Shown here: one piece after another, positions 49,245 to 61,148 of the stretch | Position numbering within the stretch: the first letter of the stretch is position 1 | How the letters are laid out: the number at the start of each line of letters is the position of its first letter | Source of the DNA: Chiloscyllium plagiosum | Taxonomy: Eukaryota | Reading direction: 5' to 3' | DNA length: 64,000 nt | Assembly: GCF_004010195.1 (NCBI RefSeq) | Contig: NC_057718.1 | Span: 101,550,559 to 101,614,558 of the forward strand | Translations under genes and position numbers: made by a program | The notes under the pieces: model-generated | Told to the model about the DNA's origin: nothing | The model's input: the letters and a program-made list of their open reading frames with translations, nothing else | Database searches by the model: none

Positions 49245-49570
49245 TAGAACATTACATTACAGCACAGTACAGGCCCTTCGGCCTTCGATGTTGCGCTGAC
49301 CTGTCATACCAATCTGAAGCCCATCTAACCTACACTATTCCATGTACGTCCATATGCTTGTCCAATGATGACTAAAAATGTAATTAAAGTTGGTGAATCT
49401 ACTACCGTTGCAGGCAAAGCATTCCATACCCTTACTACTCTCTGAGGAAAGAAACTACTTCTGACATCTGTCCTATATCTATCACCCCTCAATTTAAAGC
49501 TATGCTCCCTCGTGCTTGCTGTCACCATACTTGGAAAAAGGCACTCCCTGTCCACCCTATCTAACCCTCT
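49245..49570 (-). mobile_element. CR1/HER1-type LINE 3' end
   Basis: ORF 49325..49555 has TREHSFKLRG..RTDVRSSFFPQRVVRVWNALP. Confidence 0.9.
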
Positions 49571-50129
49571 TTCTACTTCTGTCCAACTCCCAGTCCCATT
49601 TCCCCCTCTCCCACGCAGTGCTTTTAAATAAAGCTAAAATAGCGTCACTTTAAATGGGAGGATGTGTGGCTCTTGATGTATGCTTCCTTAACGTAAAGAT
49701 TACACTTTCAGGTCCCTTGTCTGATGTTATGAGAGATTGGCAAATAAAGGGCTATATTTCAATAACTATCATAAGTAGAAGCTGATGAGGACATTTTTCA
49801 GTTTCAAACATCTTCTACTCAGCGATATGAAATGGGCAGAAAAACTCATGAACTGCTTGAGAAAATGAGAGGAATTGGTTGACATGTTTCAACAGGAAGG
49901 TTTCTCATTCCAATGAGTATAGCCCCAAACTGATTCACTTTCTCTCATAAAACAGCTTCTTCAATCCAGGAACTGGTCCGAATGCACCATCTCTAAACTG
50001 CTCATAATCCAGACGTGACACAGAAAACATTGCTAAGAGTTTTGCACTGTAAAGCCATGTCATATTGCAGCTGTACAGGACATTGGTTTAGCCACTTTTG
50101 CATAATATGTTCAATTCTGGTCACCCTGC

Positions 50130-50733
50130 TGTGACAATGCTGTAGCTTTAAGAGGGGTGTTTTGTCCTGGTTTCTCTTAGATAGTGACTGGAGGACAGAT
50201 GCTGAGCAGTCTATGAGAAGATAAACAATTTGTGAAACCTTGGGTGTTTTTTTCTTAAAGTTGGAACAATAGAAGCAGCCTGAATGGGTGTGGTCAAGCT
50301 CCCACCCACAGAACCAAGAGTTTTAGTTTTCACATTCAGCAGCAGTCACTGTTGAAGTCTTTAAGAAGTGAAAGCTATTCTTTCTGGGGGCTTCTCTGCC
50401 TGCTGCTGGAGTTATGTGTGCGCCATCCTGTGTTGTAAGTTTGTGTTTCGCCAGGGGTATGTTTATGGGATGTTACTATATTGGAACAGTTACTGTTTAG
50501 TTGTTGCATAAACTATTACTCTTAAATTTTCCATTAGAGTTGTTATTCCAAGTTCCTCTTCCTTTTGTTGTATTTTAATGATAGTGTTTGAATAAATTGT
50601 GTTTTGCTTAATTTCAAGTAGCTTGACCAATCGCATCTGGAACACAGCACCTCATATTTACCTTTTAAAATAGGAACAAGTTAGGGTTCAGGCTAGCTTT
50701 TTGATATATTTTAAGGAGGTTTGGTCCATAACA
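50130..50733 (+). mobile_element. Solo LTR (604 bp), probably Gypsy-type
   Basis: TGTGAC...ATAACA termini; CTGC/CTGT 4-bp flanks; AATAAA at 50591; cleanly interrupts the LINE sequence CCCTGC|TGTAGGAAAG. Confidence 0.75.
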
Positions 50734-50787
50734 CTGTTGTAGGAAAGATATTGCTAAACTTGAAAGGGTGCAGTCAAGTTTTTTTTA

Positions 50788-51073
50788 AGATTCCTTACAG
50801 TGTGGAAACAGTCCCTTCAGCCAACAAGTTCATGCCGACCCTCCAAAGAGTAACCAACCCAGACCCATTTCCCTCTGACTAATGCACCTAACACTATGGG
50901 CAGTTTAGCATGGCCAATTCACCTAACCTGCATATCTTTGGACTGTGGGAGAAACCCATGCAGACACAGGGAAAATGTGCAAACTCCACACAGACAGTTG
51001 CCTGAGGCAGGGATTGAACCCAGGTCCCTAGTGCTGTGAGGCAGCAGTGCTAACCACTGAGCCACTGTGCCAC
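50788..51073 (-). mobile_element. HE1-type SINE nested in the LINE fragment
   Basis: Head, core and tail on the reverse strand. Confidence 0.9.
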
Positions 51074-51338
51074 AACAAGGGTGTTGCCAAGCTTGGAGGG
51101 TTTGAGCTACGGGAGAGGTTGGATGAGCTGGGACTATTTTCTCTGGATTGTTGGAGGCTGAGGGGCAACCTTATACCATTTATAAAATCATGAGGAGCAT
51201 GGTTAGGGTGAATAGCTATCTTTTTCAGAGTAGGGGAGTCCAAAACTAGAGGGCATAGGTTTAAGGTGAGAGGGGTAAGATATAAAGGGAACCAAAGAGG
51301 CATCTTTTTCATGCAGAGGGTTTGAGTGTCTATGGAAT

Positions 51339-51538
51339 AAGATTGACTTGATTTATTATTGTCACATATACCTACGTACAGTGAAAGGTTTTGGCTTGCG
51401 TGCAGTACAGGCAGATCATACCATACAAAGAGCATTAGGGTAATAGCACAAAGCGAGGAAGACAATGCTACAGAGAAAGTGCACAAAGAGCAAGATCAAC
51501 ATTAAAATTTAAAATTTGAGTGGCTCATTCAGAATTTG
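51339..51538 (-). mobile_element. 3' end of another retroposon (possibly Rex1/Babar-like) nested in the LINE fragment
   Basis: Interrupts TGGAAT|GAGCTTGCCAGAG; reverse strand ends GTGACAATAATAAATCAAGTCAATC. Confidence 0.5.
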
Positions 51539-52029
51539 AGAGCTTGCCAGAGGAAGTGGTGGAGGCTGGTACAATTGCAACATTTAAAAGGCATATGGCT
51601 GGGTATATGAAGAGAAAGGGTTCAGGGGGATATGTGCCAAGTGCTGGAAAATGGAACTAGGTTAATTTAGGATATCTGGTCGGCATGGACAAGTTGGACC
51701 GAAGAGTTTGTTGCTGTGCTGTGCAACTCTCTGACTCTATGAAAGAATTCAGGCTATGTGTCAAAAAGGTTATACACTCTCAAGTGTTTGCAGTGACAGC
51801 TGTAAGCTTCTCAAGACTGTAATCTGTTCCCACACGTAAGTTATACATTTTGTAAGTACAAGGGTAGGCCAGGCTGTGTCAGAAAGCAGTAAGCTGGATT
51901 TTCCACTGCCTTGATCCTCCATTATCTCCCAGTCACAGAGCAGCAAAGCAAGGAGCAGAGACCCAAGGCTCTGCAGCTTCATCCTCCTACACAAGGCACC
52001 AACTTTGGAGAGTTTTACTTTATGCTCTT

Positions 52030-52445
52030 CATGAGATGTTGGTGTCATTAGCTGGGCCAGAATTTATTCCCCTTGTGAAGGTGATGGTGAGCTGCCTTCT
52101 TGAACCACTGCAGTCTGTTTGGTATAGGTACAGCCATCGAGCCTTTCGAGAGGAAGTTTCTGAGTTTAAGCCCAGTGACAATGAAGGAGTGCAGTGGTAT
52201 ATTCCCAAGTCAGGATGGTGAGTGGCTTGGGGGAAGGATCTTGTAGTTGGTGGCATTCCCATTGTATCTGTTGACCTTGTACTTCTGAGTTCTGGATGGT
52301 GTTGAGTTTCTTTGAGTGTCAATGAATACAAATACACCTAGTCAAATGGAGAGTATGCCATTCCCATACTCCAGATTTGTGTCTTGTGGACTGGCTGTGG
52401 GGAGTCAGGAGGTGAGTTACTCGTTGCAAAATGCACACTTTCTGA
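52030..52445 (-). mobile_element. LINE family B 3' fragment
   Basis: GGTGAGCTGCCTTCTTGAACCACTGCAGTC...GGGAGTCAGGAGGTGAGTTACTCG. Confidence 0.75.
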
Positions 52446-52514
52446 GCTGGACTATAAAGATTCATGAGAGTCACATGTAGTTATGGATGTAGTCTGCGAC
52501 TTTTTTTAGAAGAC

Positions 52515-53775
52515 AAAGCATAGAACATCACAGCGCTGTACAGGCCCTTCGGCCTTCGATGTTGCGCCGACCTATGAAATTAATCTGATGCCTATGTAAC
52601 CTACACCATTCCATTATTATTCATATGTATGTCTAATGCCCATTTTAATGCCCTTAACATCGGCGAGTCTGCTACTCTTGCAGGCAGGCCGTTCCACACC
52701 CCTACTATTCTCTGGGTAAAGAAACTACCCCTGATATCTGTCCTAAATCTATCACCCCTCAATTTAAAGCTTTGTCCCTCGTGTTAGCCTTCACCATCTG
52801 AGGAAAAAGGCTCTCACTGTCCACCCTATCTAACCCTCTGATTATCTTATACGTCTCGATTATATCACCTGTCAACTTTCTTCTCTCCAACAAAAACAGC
52901 CTCAGTTCCCTCAGCCTTTCCTCGTAAGATCTTTCTTCCATACCAGGCAACATCCTAGTAAATCTCCTCTGAACCCTTTCCAAAGCTTCCACATCCTTTC
53001 TATACTGCGGTGACCAGAACTGTAGGCAACACTCCAGGTGCGGCCTTACCAGTGTCTTGTACAACTGAAGCATGACCTCATGGCTCCGAAACTCAATCCC
53101 TCTACTAATAAACACCAATGCACCATATGCCTTCTTAACACCCATATCAACCTGGTTGGCAACTTTCAGAGATTTATGCACCTGGACACCGAGATCTCGC
53201 TGCTCATCTGCACTGCCAAAACATTTACCATGAGCCCAGTACTCTGCATTCCTGTTACTTCTTATGAAGTGAACTACCGCACACTTTTCCATATTAAACT
53301 CAAGTTGCTACTTCTCAGCCCAGCTCTACATCTTACCTATGATCCTCTGTAACCCACAACATCCTTCAGCACTATCCACAACTCTGCCTACCTTAGTGTC
53401 ACCCACAAACTTACCAACCCAACCTTCTACGCACACCCTTCCAGATCATTTATAAAAATGACAAACAGCAGTGGCCCCAAAACAGATCCTTGCAGCACAC
53501 CACTGGTAACTGAGCTCCAAGATGAATATTTCCCATCAACCACCATCCTCTGTCTTCTTTCAGCTAGCCAATTTCTGATCAAAACTGCTAAATCACCTTC
53601 AATCCCGAAACTCCGTATTTTGTGCAATAGCCTAACGTGTAGAACCTTATCAAACGCTTTATTGAAGTCCATATACACCACATTAACCACTTTACCTTCA
53701 TCCACCTGTTTTGTCACCTTCTCAAAGAACTCAATAAGGTTAATGAGACACGACCTACCCTTCAAAAAACCATGT
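52515..53775 (-). mobile_element. CR1-type LINE, RT domain to 3' end
   Basis: ORFs 53427..53873 ([42 protein letters not shown]) and 52759..53292 (LYKTLVRPHLE, LERVQRRFTRM). Confidence 0.95.
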
Positions 53776-54094
53776 TTACTCTTAGACTTTTCAGAATCTG
53801 CCGTTGCTGCCTGTTGTTGAAGGTGACAAAAACGGTTTGCTCCTGGTTGACTCATATCTTTGATGTCCTCCATGGCAACCTAGATTTACCCATTTGCAGA
53901 GCAGTTCCAAGAAGCTGTGACTATTATGTCGACTGACAGCTATGATTGCAAGAAAGGATCAAGCCTGGTGGAAGCATGGAAAGAAAATCCAGGAAAATAG
54001 AATCTCAATAAATAGCAGCAGAGGGTTGTGAAGGTTTGTAGCTCAGGTTGAGATTTAGGATGTAGGTTTGCTCGCTGAGCTGTAGGTTTGATAT

Positions 54095-54134
54095 CCAGAC
54101 GTTTCGTTACCTGGCTAGGTAACATCATCAGTGG
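54095..54134 (-). ncRNA. Minimal type I hammerhead ribozyme motif in the Penelope terminal repeat
   Basis: Exact reverse complement of 56125-56164. Confidence 0.8.
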
Positions 54135-55110
54135 CGACCTCCAAGTGAAGGGAAGCTGTTGTCTCCTGCTTTCTATTTATACCTTTTGCCTGGATGGGGT
54201 TCCTGGGGTTTGTGGTGATGTCATTTCCTGTTCGTTTTCTGAGGGGTTGATAGATGGCATCTAGGTCTATGTTTTGTTTATGGCGTTGTGGTTGGAGTGT
54301 CAGGCCTCTAGGAATTCTCTGGCATACCTTTGCTTAGCCTGTCCCAGGATAGATGTGTTGTCCCAGTCGAAATGGTGGCTTTTTTCATCCATGTGTAGGG
54401 CTACGGGGGAGAGAGGGTTGTGTCTTTTTGTGGCTAACTGGTGTTCGTGTATCCTGGTGGCTAACTTTCTTCCTGTTTGTCCTACATAGTGTTTGTGGCC
54501 GTCCTTGCAAGGAATTTTGTAGATGACGTTGGTTTTGTCCATGGGATGTACTGGGTCTTTTAAGTTTGTTAGATTTTGTTTGAGAGTGTTGGTGGGTTTG
54601 TGTGCTACTAGGATTCCGAGGGGTCTTAGTAGTCTGGCTGTCATTTCTGAAACTTCTTTGATGTATGATAAGGTGGTTAGGGTTTCTGGCTGTGTTTGGT
54701 CTGCTTGTCGTGGTTTGTTCTTGAGGAATCTGCGGACTGTTTTTTGAGTATCCGTTCTTCTTGAATAGGTTGTATAGTGGTTCTCCTCTGTTTTGCGTAG
54801 TTCGTCTGTGCTGCAGTATGTGGTGGCTTGTTGGAATAGTGTTCTGATACAGCTTCGTTTGTGTGTGTTAGGATGGTTGCTGGTGTAGTTAAGTATTTGG
54901 TCAGTGTTTGTCGGTTTTCTGTATATGCAGGTTTTTAGTTCTCCATTGTCCTTTCTTTCGACTATGACGTCGGTTTCTTCCTCCTTGGTGAACTTTATGC
55001 CTGTGAGGGTGTTGTTGATGATGTTAAATGTCTTTTCTATCTTGTTTCGTTTTGTGATGACAAAGGTGTCATCTACATAGTGGACCCAGATTTTTGGTTT
55101 GATGGTTGGT

Positions 55111-55249
55111 NNNNNNNNNNNNNNNNNNNNNNNNNNNNNNNNNNNNNNNNNNNNNNNNNNNNNNNNNNNNNNNNNNNNNNNNNNNNNNNNNNNNNNNNNN
55201 NNNNNNNNNNNNNNNNNNNNNNNNNNNNNNNNNNNNNNNNNNNNNNNNN
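55111..55249. other. Assembly gap (139 N) inside the Penelope RT
   Basis: N run. Confidence 1.
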
Positions 55250-56124
55250 GATGGTCTCTTCTAAAAGTGTGGTAAGTGTTTCCTTTGCCAGGTTGATGTT
55301 GATGGGGGTGAACAGTGCTGTTACGTCGAATGAGATCATTGCTTCGTCTTCCTCTATTTTGGTGTTTTTGATGATTTTTAGGAATTCCTGGGTGGAGTGG
55401 ATGGAGTGCTGTGACTCTTCTACTAGGTATTTCTGTCTTGTGTGTAGTTCTTTGGCCAGTCTGTAAGTTGGTGTTCCGGGTAGTGCGACTATAGGTCTGA
55501 GGGGGGCTCCTGGTTTATGGATTTTTGGTAGTCCGTAGAATCGTGGTGTGTTGGTCCCGTTGGGTTTCATTTTCTGGAATTCTGTCTTGTTTAATTGTCC
55601 GGAATTGTGTAATTTTGTTTCCTAGTTGTGGGGTCGGGTCTAGAGCCACCTGTTGGTAGGTGTTGGTGTCTGCGAGTAGTGCATTGGCTTTCTCTATGTA
55701 GTCCCTTCTGTTCAGGATGACAGTGAGCCAACCTTTGTCTGCAGGGTCTTGCAAGGACTGCCACAAACACTACGTAGGACAAACAGGAAAAAGTTAGCCA
55801 CCAGGATACACGAATGCCAGCTAACCACAAAAAGACACGACCCTCTCTCCCTCGTAGCCCTACACATGGATGAAAAAAGCCACCATTTCGACTGGGACAA
55901 CACATCTATCCTGGGACAGGCTAAGCAAAGGCATGCCAGAGAATTCCTAGAGGCTTGGCACTCCAACCACAACGCCATAAACAAACACATAGACCTAGAT
56001 GCCATCTATCAACCCCTCAGAAAATGAACAGGAAATGACATCACCACAAACCCCAGGAACCCCATCCAGGAGAAAGATATAAATAGAAAGCAGGAGACAA
56101 CAGCTTCGCTTCACTTGGAGGTCG

Positions 56125-56164
56125 CCACTGATGATGTTACCTAGCCAGGTAACGAAACGTCTGG
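56125..56164 (+). ncRNA. Minimal type I hammerhead ribozyme motif in the inverted Penelope terminal repeat
   Basis: CCA-CTGATGA-T-GTTACCT-AGCC-AGGTAAC-GAAA-CG-TC-TGG: stem I CCA/TGG, 7-bp stem II, palindromic ACGT in place of stem III. Confidence 0.8.
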
Positions 56165-56393
56165 ATATCAAACCTACAGCTCAGCGAGCAAACCTACATC
56201 CTAAATAGCAGCAGACTTGCAAATTCTGGGTTTTACTAAAGTGGGTCTAAATGTTCTCCAGAAAGGACCAGCTGGAACACACCCATACACAACCCACATT
56301 AAAACATTCCACAACTACCTAAAACGTGTGGTCAGCCCTTGCTCTGTGACTGTCCTTTAGTCCAACAACCCTCAGTGCTCCCCCAGTATCAAA

Positions 56394-56415
56394 GTGTGTG
56401 TGTGTGTGTGTGTGT
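56394..56415. repeat. (GT)n microsatellite
   Basis: Directly visible. Confidence 0.95.
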
Positions 56416-57032
56416 TAATCAATTTACATTAACTCTCTTTCTTTATTCTAAGGGACCACTCCATTCACATAAGTTGAATTGGGGTGAGATTACTCTACAT
56501 TTAAATGGTAAAATATGAACTTGTCAATAAAGGAACCTGGAACCAGTTAAGACAGAGTACTGCACTGAAAATGAAATACTTTCTTGCACTTTGCTTTATC
56601 GTCTCCATTTGGAAAGAACTATAAATACAATTAGACAGCACTTTGTTAATGTGGTGTGTTCCTGCAGTTTTAATTAGTACTGATGGAAAAAATGAGAAAC
56701 ATTTGTCACAGATAATATTTAATAGATCACTGTAATTAAAACAAATGAAAAGCAATGCTAAATTTGTTTTCCCCTCAAGCATATGAAATACTGGATAAAA
56801 ATTGTTTTTTTTCCCCAGCTGATCTATAATTAGTCGTGTATTTGCATTTCTTGCTTAATGAACTGTATTTTACTTTGAAATAATTTGAGATGGATAAAAT
56901 ATAATCATCTAATTGACCAGATCTGGCGGCCATTTTAATACAATTCATCTACCAGTTAGACCAACCTCACAAACAGTTACCTAGAGATATCCTCCCATTA
57001 CATTAACCATTTAGCCAGCCCTATCTCTGCAG

Positions 57033-57252
57033 GAGAACATGAGGACTGCAGATGCTGGAGATCAAAGTCGAGAGTGTGGCACTGGAAAAGCACAGCGGAT
57101 CAGGCAGCACCCGAGGAGCAGGAGAGTCGATGTTTCGAGCATAAGCCCTTCATCAGGAATGAGCCTGATTAAGGACTTATGCCTGAAACATCGATTCTCC
57201 TACTCCTCAGATGCTATCTAACCTGCTGTACTTTTCTAGCGCCACACTCTCG
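57033..57252. mobile_element. Family H1 fold-back element with a 16-bp target-site duplication (1 mismatch)
   Basis: AGCCCTATCTCTGCAG (57017-57032) / AGCCCTAACTCTGCAG (57253-57268); two opposed hammerhead-like motifs at the centre. Confidence 0.85.
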
Positions 57253-57554
57253 AGCCCTAACTCTGCAGCCTCCTCCAGCCAAGTGACCCTCCACAAACTC
57301 TGCCCTTCCCGCTCCAATTCTGAATGGGACTCGATGGGACACAGGATAGAGGCAGGAGAGGTTTGGTTCAGCTGTAGGTGGCTACTGTCCAGAACTTGCT
57401 TTATTCCTCCACATAACTATTCCTACATGGCTCCCTCAAAATTCCTAACCGATGCCAACTTTTGAACATTTTTGCATTGTGTCTCTCTGTGCAACATCCC
57501 TGCCCCTCCACCCCCATCCCACCCAACCTTTCCCTGGTCCCAGACAGAGTGGAA

Positions 57555-57655
57555 ACTGTGCAAACTACTGCCGATGTTGGAAATCTGAAATAAAAAGAGA
57601 GCAAGCTGGAAACAGTCAGCAGGTCTGGCAGAACCTGTGGAGACAGAGAGAGAAA
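57555..57655 (-). mobile_element. Family H3 short repeat, partial
   Basis: GCTGGAAACAGTCAGCAGGTCTGGCAG. Confidence 0.55.
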
Positions 57656-57789
57656 CATGGCCGACATTCTGAATCCCATATACCTCTCATTTCCCAATTA
57701 AAGTTCAAAACTTTGTATTCTTTTTAGTTCACTGGGCCAGAATTAATTGCCTGTCCATAGCTTTTTTTGTAATCTGTCCGGGATGTCCA

Positions 57790-58240
57790 CACAGCTAGTA
57801 GGTCAGCATTTATTGTTCACTTGAGGAAGTGCTGGTGAACTGCCTTTTTGAACCGCTACAGTCCAAGTGCTGTTAGGGAGCAAGTTCCACGATTCTGACC
57901 CAGCGATGCTGAAGGAGTGGCGGTATATTTCCAAATGAGGATGGCGAGTGGCTTGGAGGGGAACTTACATGCATTTGCTTCTCTTTCCTTCCAAATGGCA
58001 GAGATTGTGGGTGTGAAAGGTTGTTCACCCAGAGAGTGGTGAGCCTGCAGAATTCACTCCCACAGAATGTGATTGAGGTCAAAACATTGCATGGTTTCAA
58101 GAAGGAGGTAGATATAGCTGTTGTGGTTAAAGGGATCAGGGAATATGAGGGAGGAGGCTGGGATTCGGTGATTGAGCCATGATCATATTGAATGATGGAG
58201 CAGGGTCAAGGGCTGAATGGCCTATTTATTGTGTTTCTAC
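57790..58240. mobile_element. LINE family B 3' end (minus, to about 57975) followed by a CR1 3' end (plus, from about 58010)
   Basis: Matches to other copies in the window. Confidence 0.65.
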
Positions 58241-59351
58241 AAGCCCGTTCTGCCCCAACTGGTGAGGACCAGTTCTACCCCTTAAAGGTGAACTATGATC
58301 CAAACTATAAGGAATTTTTATTATGAAAAGAAACACACACACAACAGCTTTCACTTCTACCCACTTCCTCCCCTACCCACACCAGAAAGAAATAAAGTGG
58401 ATTGTTCCGGTTGTTAATTGTCTAGCATGGTAATACAAGGCACACCATTGGATGTTTGTTACAGAATACTGACATTTCTCAAGAGACTGATAACATCTTA
58501 TGGAGTCAGTGATTGTTTTCAATTGGTCTGGGGTAATATAATGATTTACAACTAAAACTCCAAGCTTGGATTAATTTTAGTTAATATGGTTAAATATGCT
58601 CTTTTGAGTTCTATCAGATCATAATTCATTTTCGTCTTAACCCATTAACCCCACTCCACATCCGCTCTCTTTTAGTATCAAGTGTTTTTTAAAGCAGAAA
58701 TGTTATTAACAAACCTCGAAATTAATGGTAATATTAGAATGATCACTCAATGGACTGCTGTATGTTAATGATACATAACCTTGTTCTGACTCCAGCAGTC
58801 GGGTGCAATCATCTTATTATTTAAGTATTTAAACCATGCAAAACAAGTAGAAGGTCCTCAGGGTCTCATTAAGTTAATGGCAATACGTTGGAAGCTGACA
58901 TAGTCTAATCATTACAGAATTTCTTTACTGTAAGTACAACCACAGTCATATAAAAATAATGCCTTGGAATTGGCATGAGGTTTCGATGGTTAAATGAGTT
59001 TATCTGACACTTTCGATGGTCAGATGGATTTTCCTCACAAATCCGTTACTAGCTGAACCTTGAATGCGGTCATAACTATAAACATACAAACTAGGAACAA
59101 CGGAGCCTAATCGGGCCCTTGTCTTTGCTCTGCCTTACTGTGACATCAAGGCTGGTCTGATTTCTCCACATTCCCATTGACTCCCCACCCCCTCAAAGAA
59201 CTCTCAGCCCCTTGATTATCAAGAATCTATCCATTTCTGTCTTAAAAAATGTTCAGAGTCATCTTTCACTGTCTTTTGAGGAAGAGAGGTCCAAATACTG
59301 TCATCTCTGTTTTAAATGGGTGACCCTGGTTTCAGATTCTCCCACCAAATC

Positions 59352-59672
59352 AAATCATAGAATCCCTACTGTGTGGGAGCAGGCCATTTGGCCCTTCGAG
59401 TCCACACCGACCCACCCGAAGAGCATCTCAGCTAGACCCACTAACCCCACGCTCCGCCCTCCCCCCACCCCGAGTCTATTCCTTTAACCCTGCATATCCC
59501 ATGGCTAATCCACCTAGTCTGCACATCTCTGGACCTTATGAGCAACTTAACATGGCCAATCCACCCTAACCTGCACATCTTTGAACTGTGAGAGCAAACC
59601 CACCCAGACTCAGGGAGAATGTGCAAAATGTGCTTGAATCAAACCTGGGTCCCTGGTGCTGTGAAGCAGCAC
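59352..59672 (-). mobile_element. HE1-type SINE abutting the tail of a HER1 fragment
   Basis: ATAGAATCCCTACTGTGTGG tail and CCTAACCTGCACATCTTTG core. Confidence 0.85.
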
Positions 59673-59676
59673 AGAC

Positions 59677-60215
59677 TCAGAGTCATAGAGATGTACAGCA
59701 CGGAAACAGACCCTTCGGTCCAACTCGTCCATGCCAACCAAATATCTGAAACTAATCTAGTCTCATTTGCCAGCATTTGGCCTATATCCCTCTGAACCCT
59801 TCCTGTTCATATACCCATCCAGATGCCTTTCAAATGTTGTCATTGTGGCAGCTCATTCCATACACAGATCACCCTCTGTGTGAAAACGTTGCCCCTTACA
59901 TCCCTTTTAAATCTTTTCCCTCTCACCTCAAACCTATGCCCTCTAGTTTTGGACTCCCTACCCTGGGGAAAAGACCTGGTGTATTCACCCTATCCGTGTC
60001 CCTCATGATTTTATAAACCTCTGTAAGGTCACCCCTCAGCCTCCGACACTTCAGGGGAAAAAGCCCCACTATTCAGCCTCTCCCGATAGCTCAAATCCTC
60101 CAACCCTGGCAACATCCTTGTAAATCTTTTCTGAACCCTTTTCACAATATCTTTCCTATAGCAGGGAGACCATAATTGAATGTAGTATTCCAAAAGTGGC
60201 CTAACCAACGTCCTG
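59677..60215 (-). mobile_element. HER1-type LINE 3' fragment
   Basis: ORF 60029..60247 has LVRPLLEYYIQLWSP...RVQKRFTRMLPGLEDLSYRERL. Confidence 0.9.
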
Positions 60216-60829
60216 TTTTTCTGCAGAGGAGTCTCAGCTACAACCACTCATAGAATTGACAGTAAATAGTATAGATTTTCAGCATTTTTGCCTTGTATGT
60301 ACCCCTGTGGAATCCCTCTGAGCCTCGGTGTAGTTATCACAGTCAGAGAATACAGGGAGGCGAGTTAAATCTCTGTTTTTAGCTCATTCAGCAGACAGGA
60401 ACAGCGCATAAACCTCAAGAATAATGGGTGGAAATTTTTTTTCTACCATTTATACACCTCAAACAATCAATTCTCAAGCTAGTTTCCAAACAAATCCATT
60501 TTAATAGTTGAAAATTAATGTGACCCCAGGCATGAACTAAAATATTAAAGTGCATAATAAAATTCAAAATATAGTGCAGCATATAAATATGAACATCTGT
60601 GATTTTAAAGGATATTCTAAAAATTTTGTTGTTTTATGTACTGACTAGTCCATTACTTCATCTGACCCACTCTATTTTCATTGTTCTTGGCGAGGAAGCA
60701 GGTTCTAAGTGCATGGTGAGGGTCATCAGGGGTCAAATGTCAGAGCCCAGGTTGGTTTGCAGCAGGTGAGTCATGTGACTGAGCTCAGCTGCAGAGGAAT
60801 CACCGCTGGGTTCACCAGAGAAGTACAAA

Positions 60830-61148
60830 TGAAGCCATTTGGCCCATCGAGTTGGCACTGACTCTCCAAAGAGTATCCCACTCAGACCCAGGCCAAGCCC
60901 AGCTCCATATCCCTGTAACTTCACATTTCCCATGGCTAACCCACACATCCTTGGACACTATAGGCAATTTCCCATGGCCAATCCACCTTAATCTGGACTG
61001 TGGGAGGAAACCAGAGCACCCAGAGGAAACCCACGCAGACACGGGGAGAATGTGCAAAGTCCACACAGACAGTCGCCTGAGGCTGGAATCGAACCTGGGT
61101 CCCTGGTGCTGTGAGGCAGCAGTGCTAACCACTGAGCCACTGTGCTGC
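60830..61148 (-). mobile_element. HE1-type SINE
   Basis: Reverse head GCAGCACAGTGGCTCAGTGGTTAGC and B box GGTTCGATTCC. Confidence 0.9.

Larger units (their letters stand above)
50040..51741 (+). mobile_element. HER1-type LINE 3' fragment interrupted by three younger insertions
   Basis: Collinear pieces at 50040-50129, 50734-50780, 51075-51338 and 51540-51741 (tail GTTGGACCGAAG...GACTCTATG). Confidence 0.85.
54023..56206 (-). mobile_element. 5'-truncated Penelope-like element (Penelope/Poseidon-type RT + GIY-YIG endonuclease) with an inverted 3' duplication
   Basis: Minus strand has PADKG (about 55735), FYGLPKIHKPGAPLRPIV, SFDVTALFT, YVDDT (about 55070) and NVIYKIPCKDGHKHYVGQTGRKLATRIHEH; arms 54053-54511 and 55748-56206 are inverted; TAAATAGCAGCAGA at 54009-54022 and 56202-56215. 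Confidence 0.95.
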
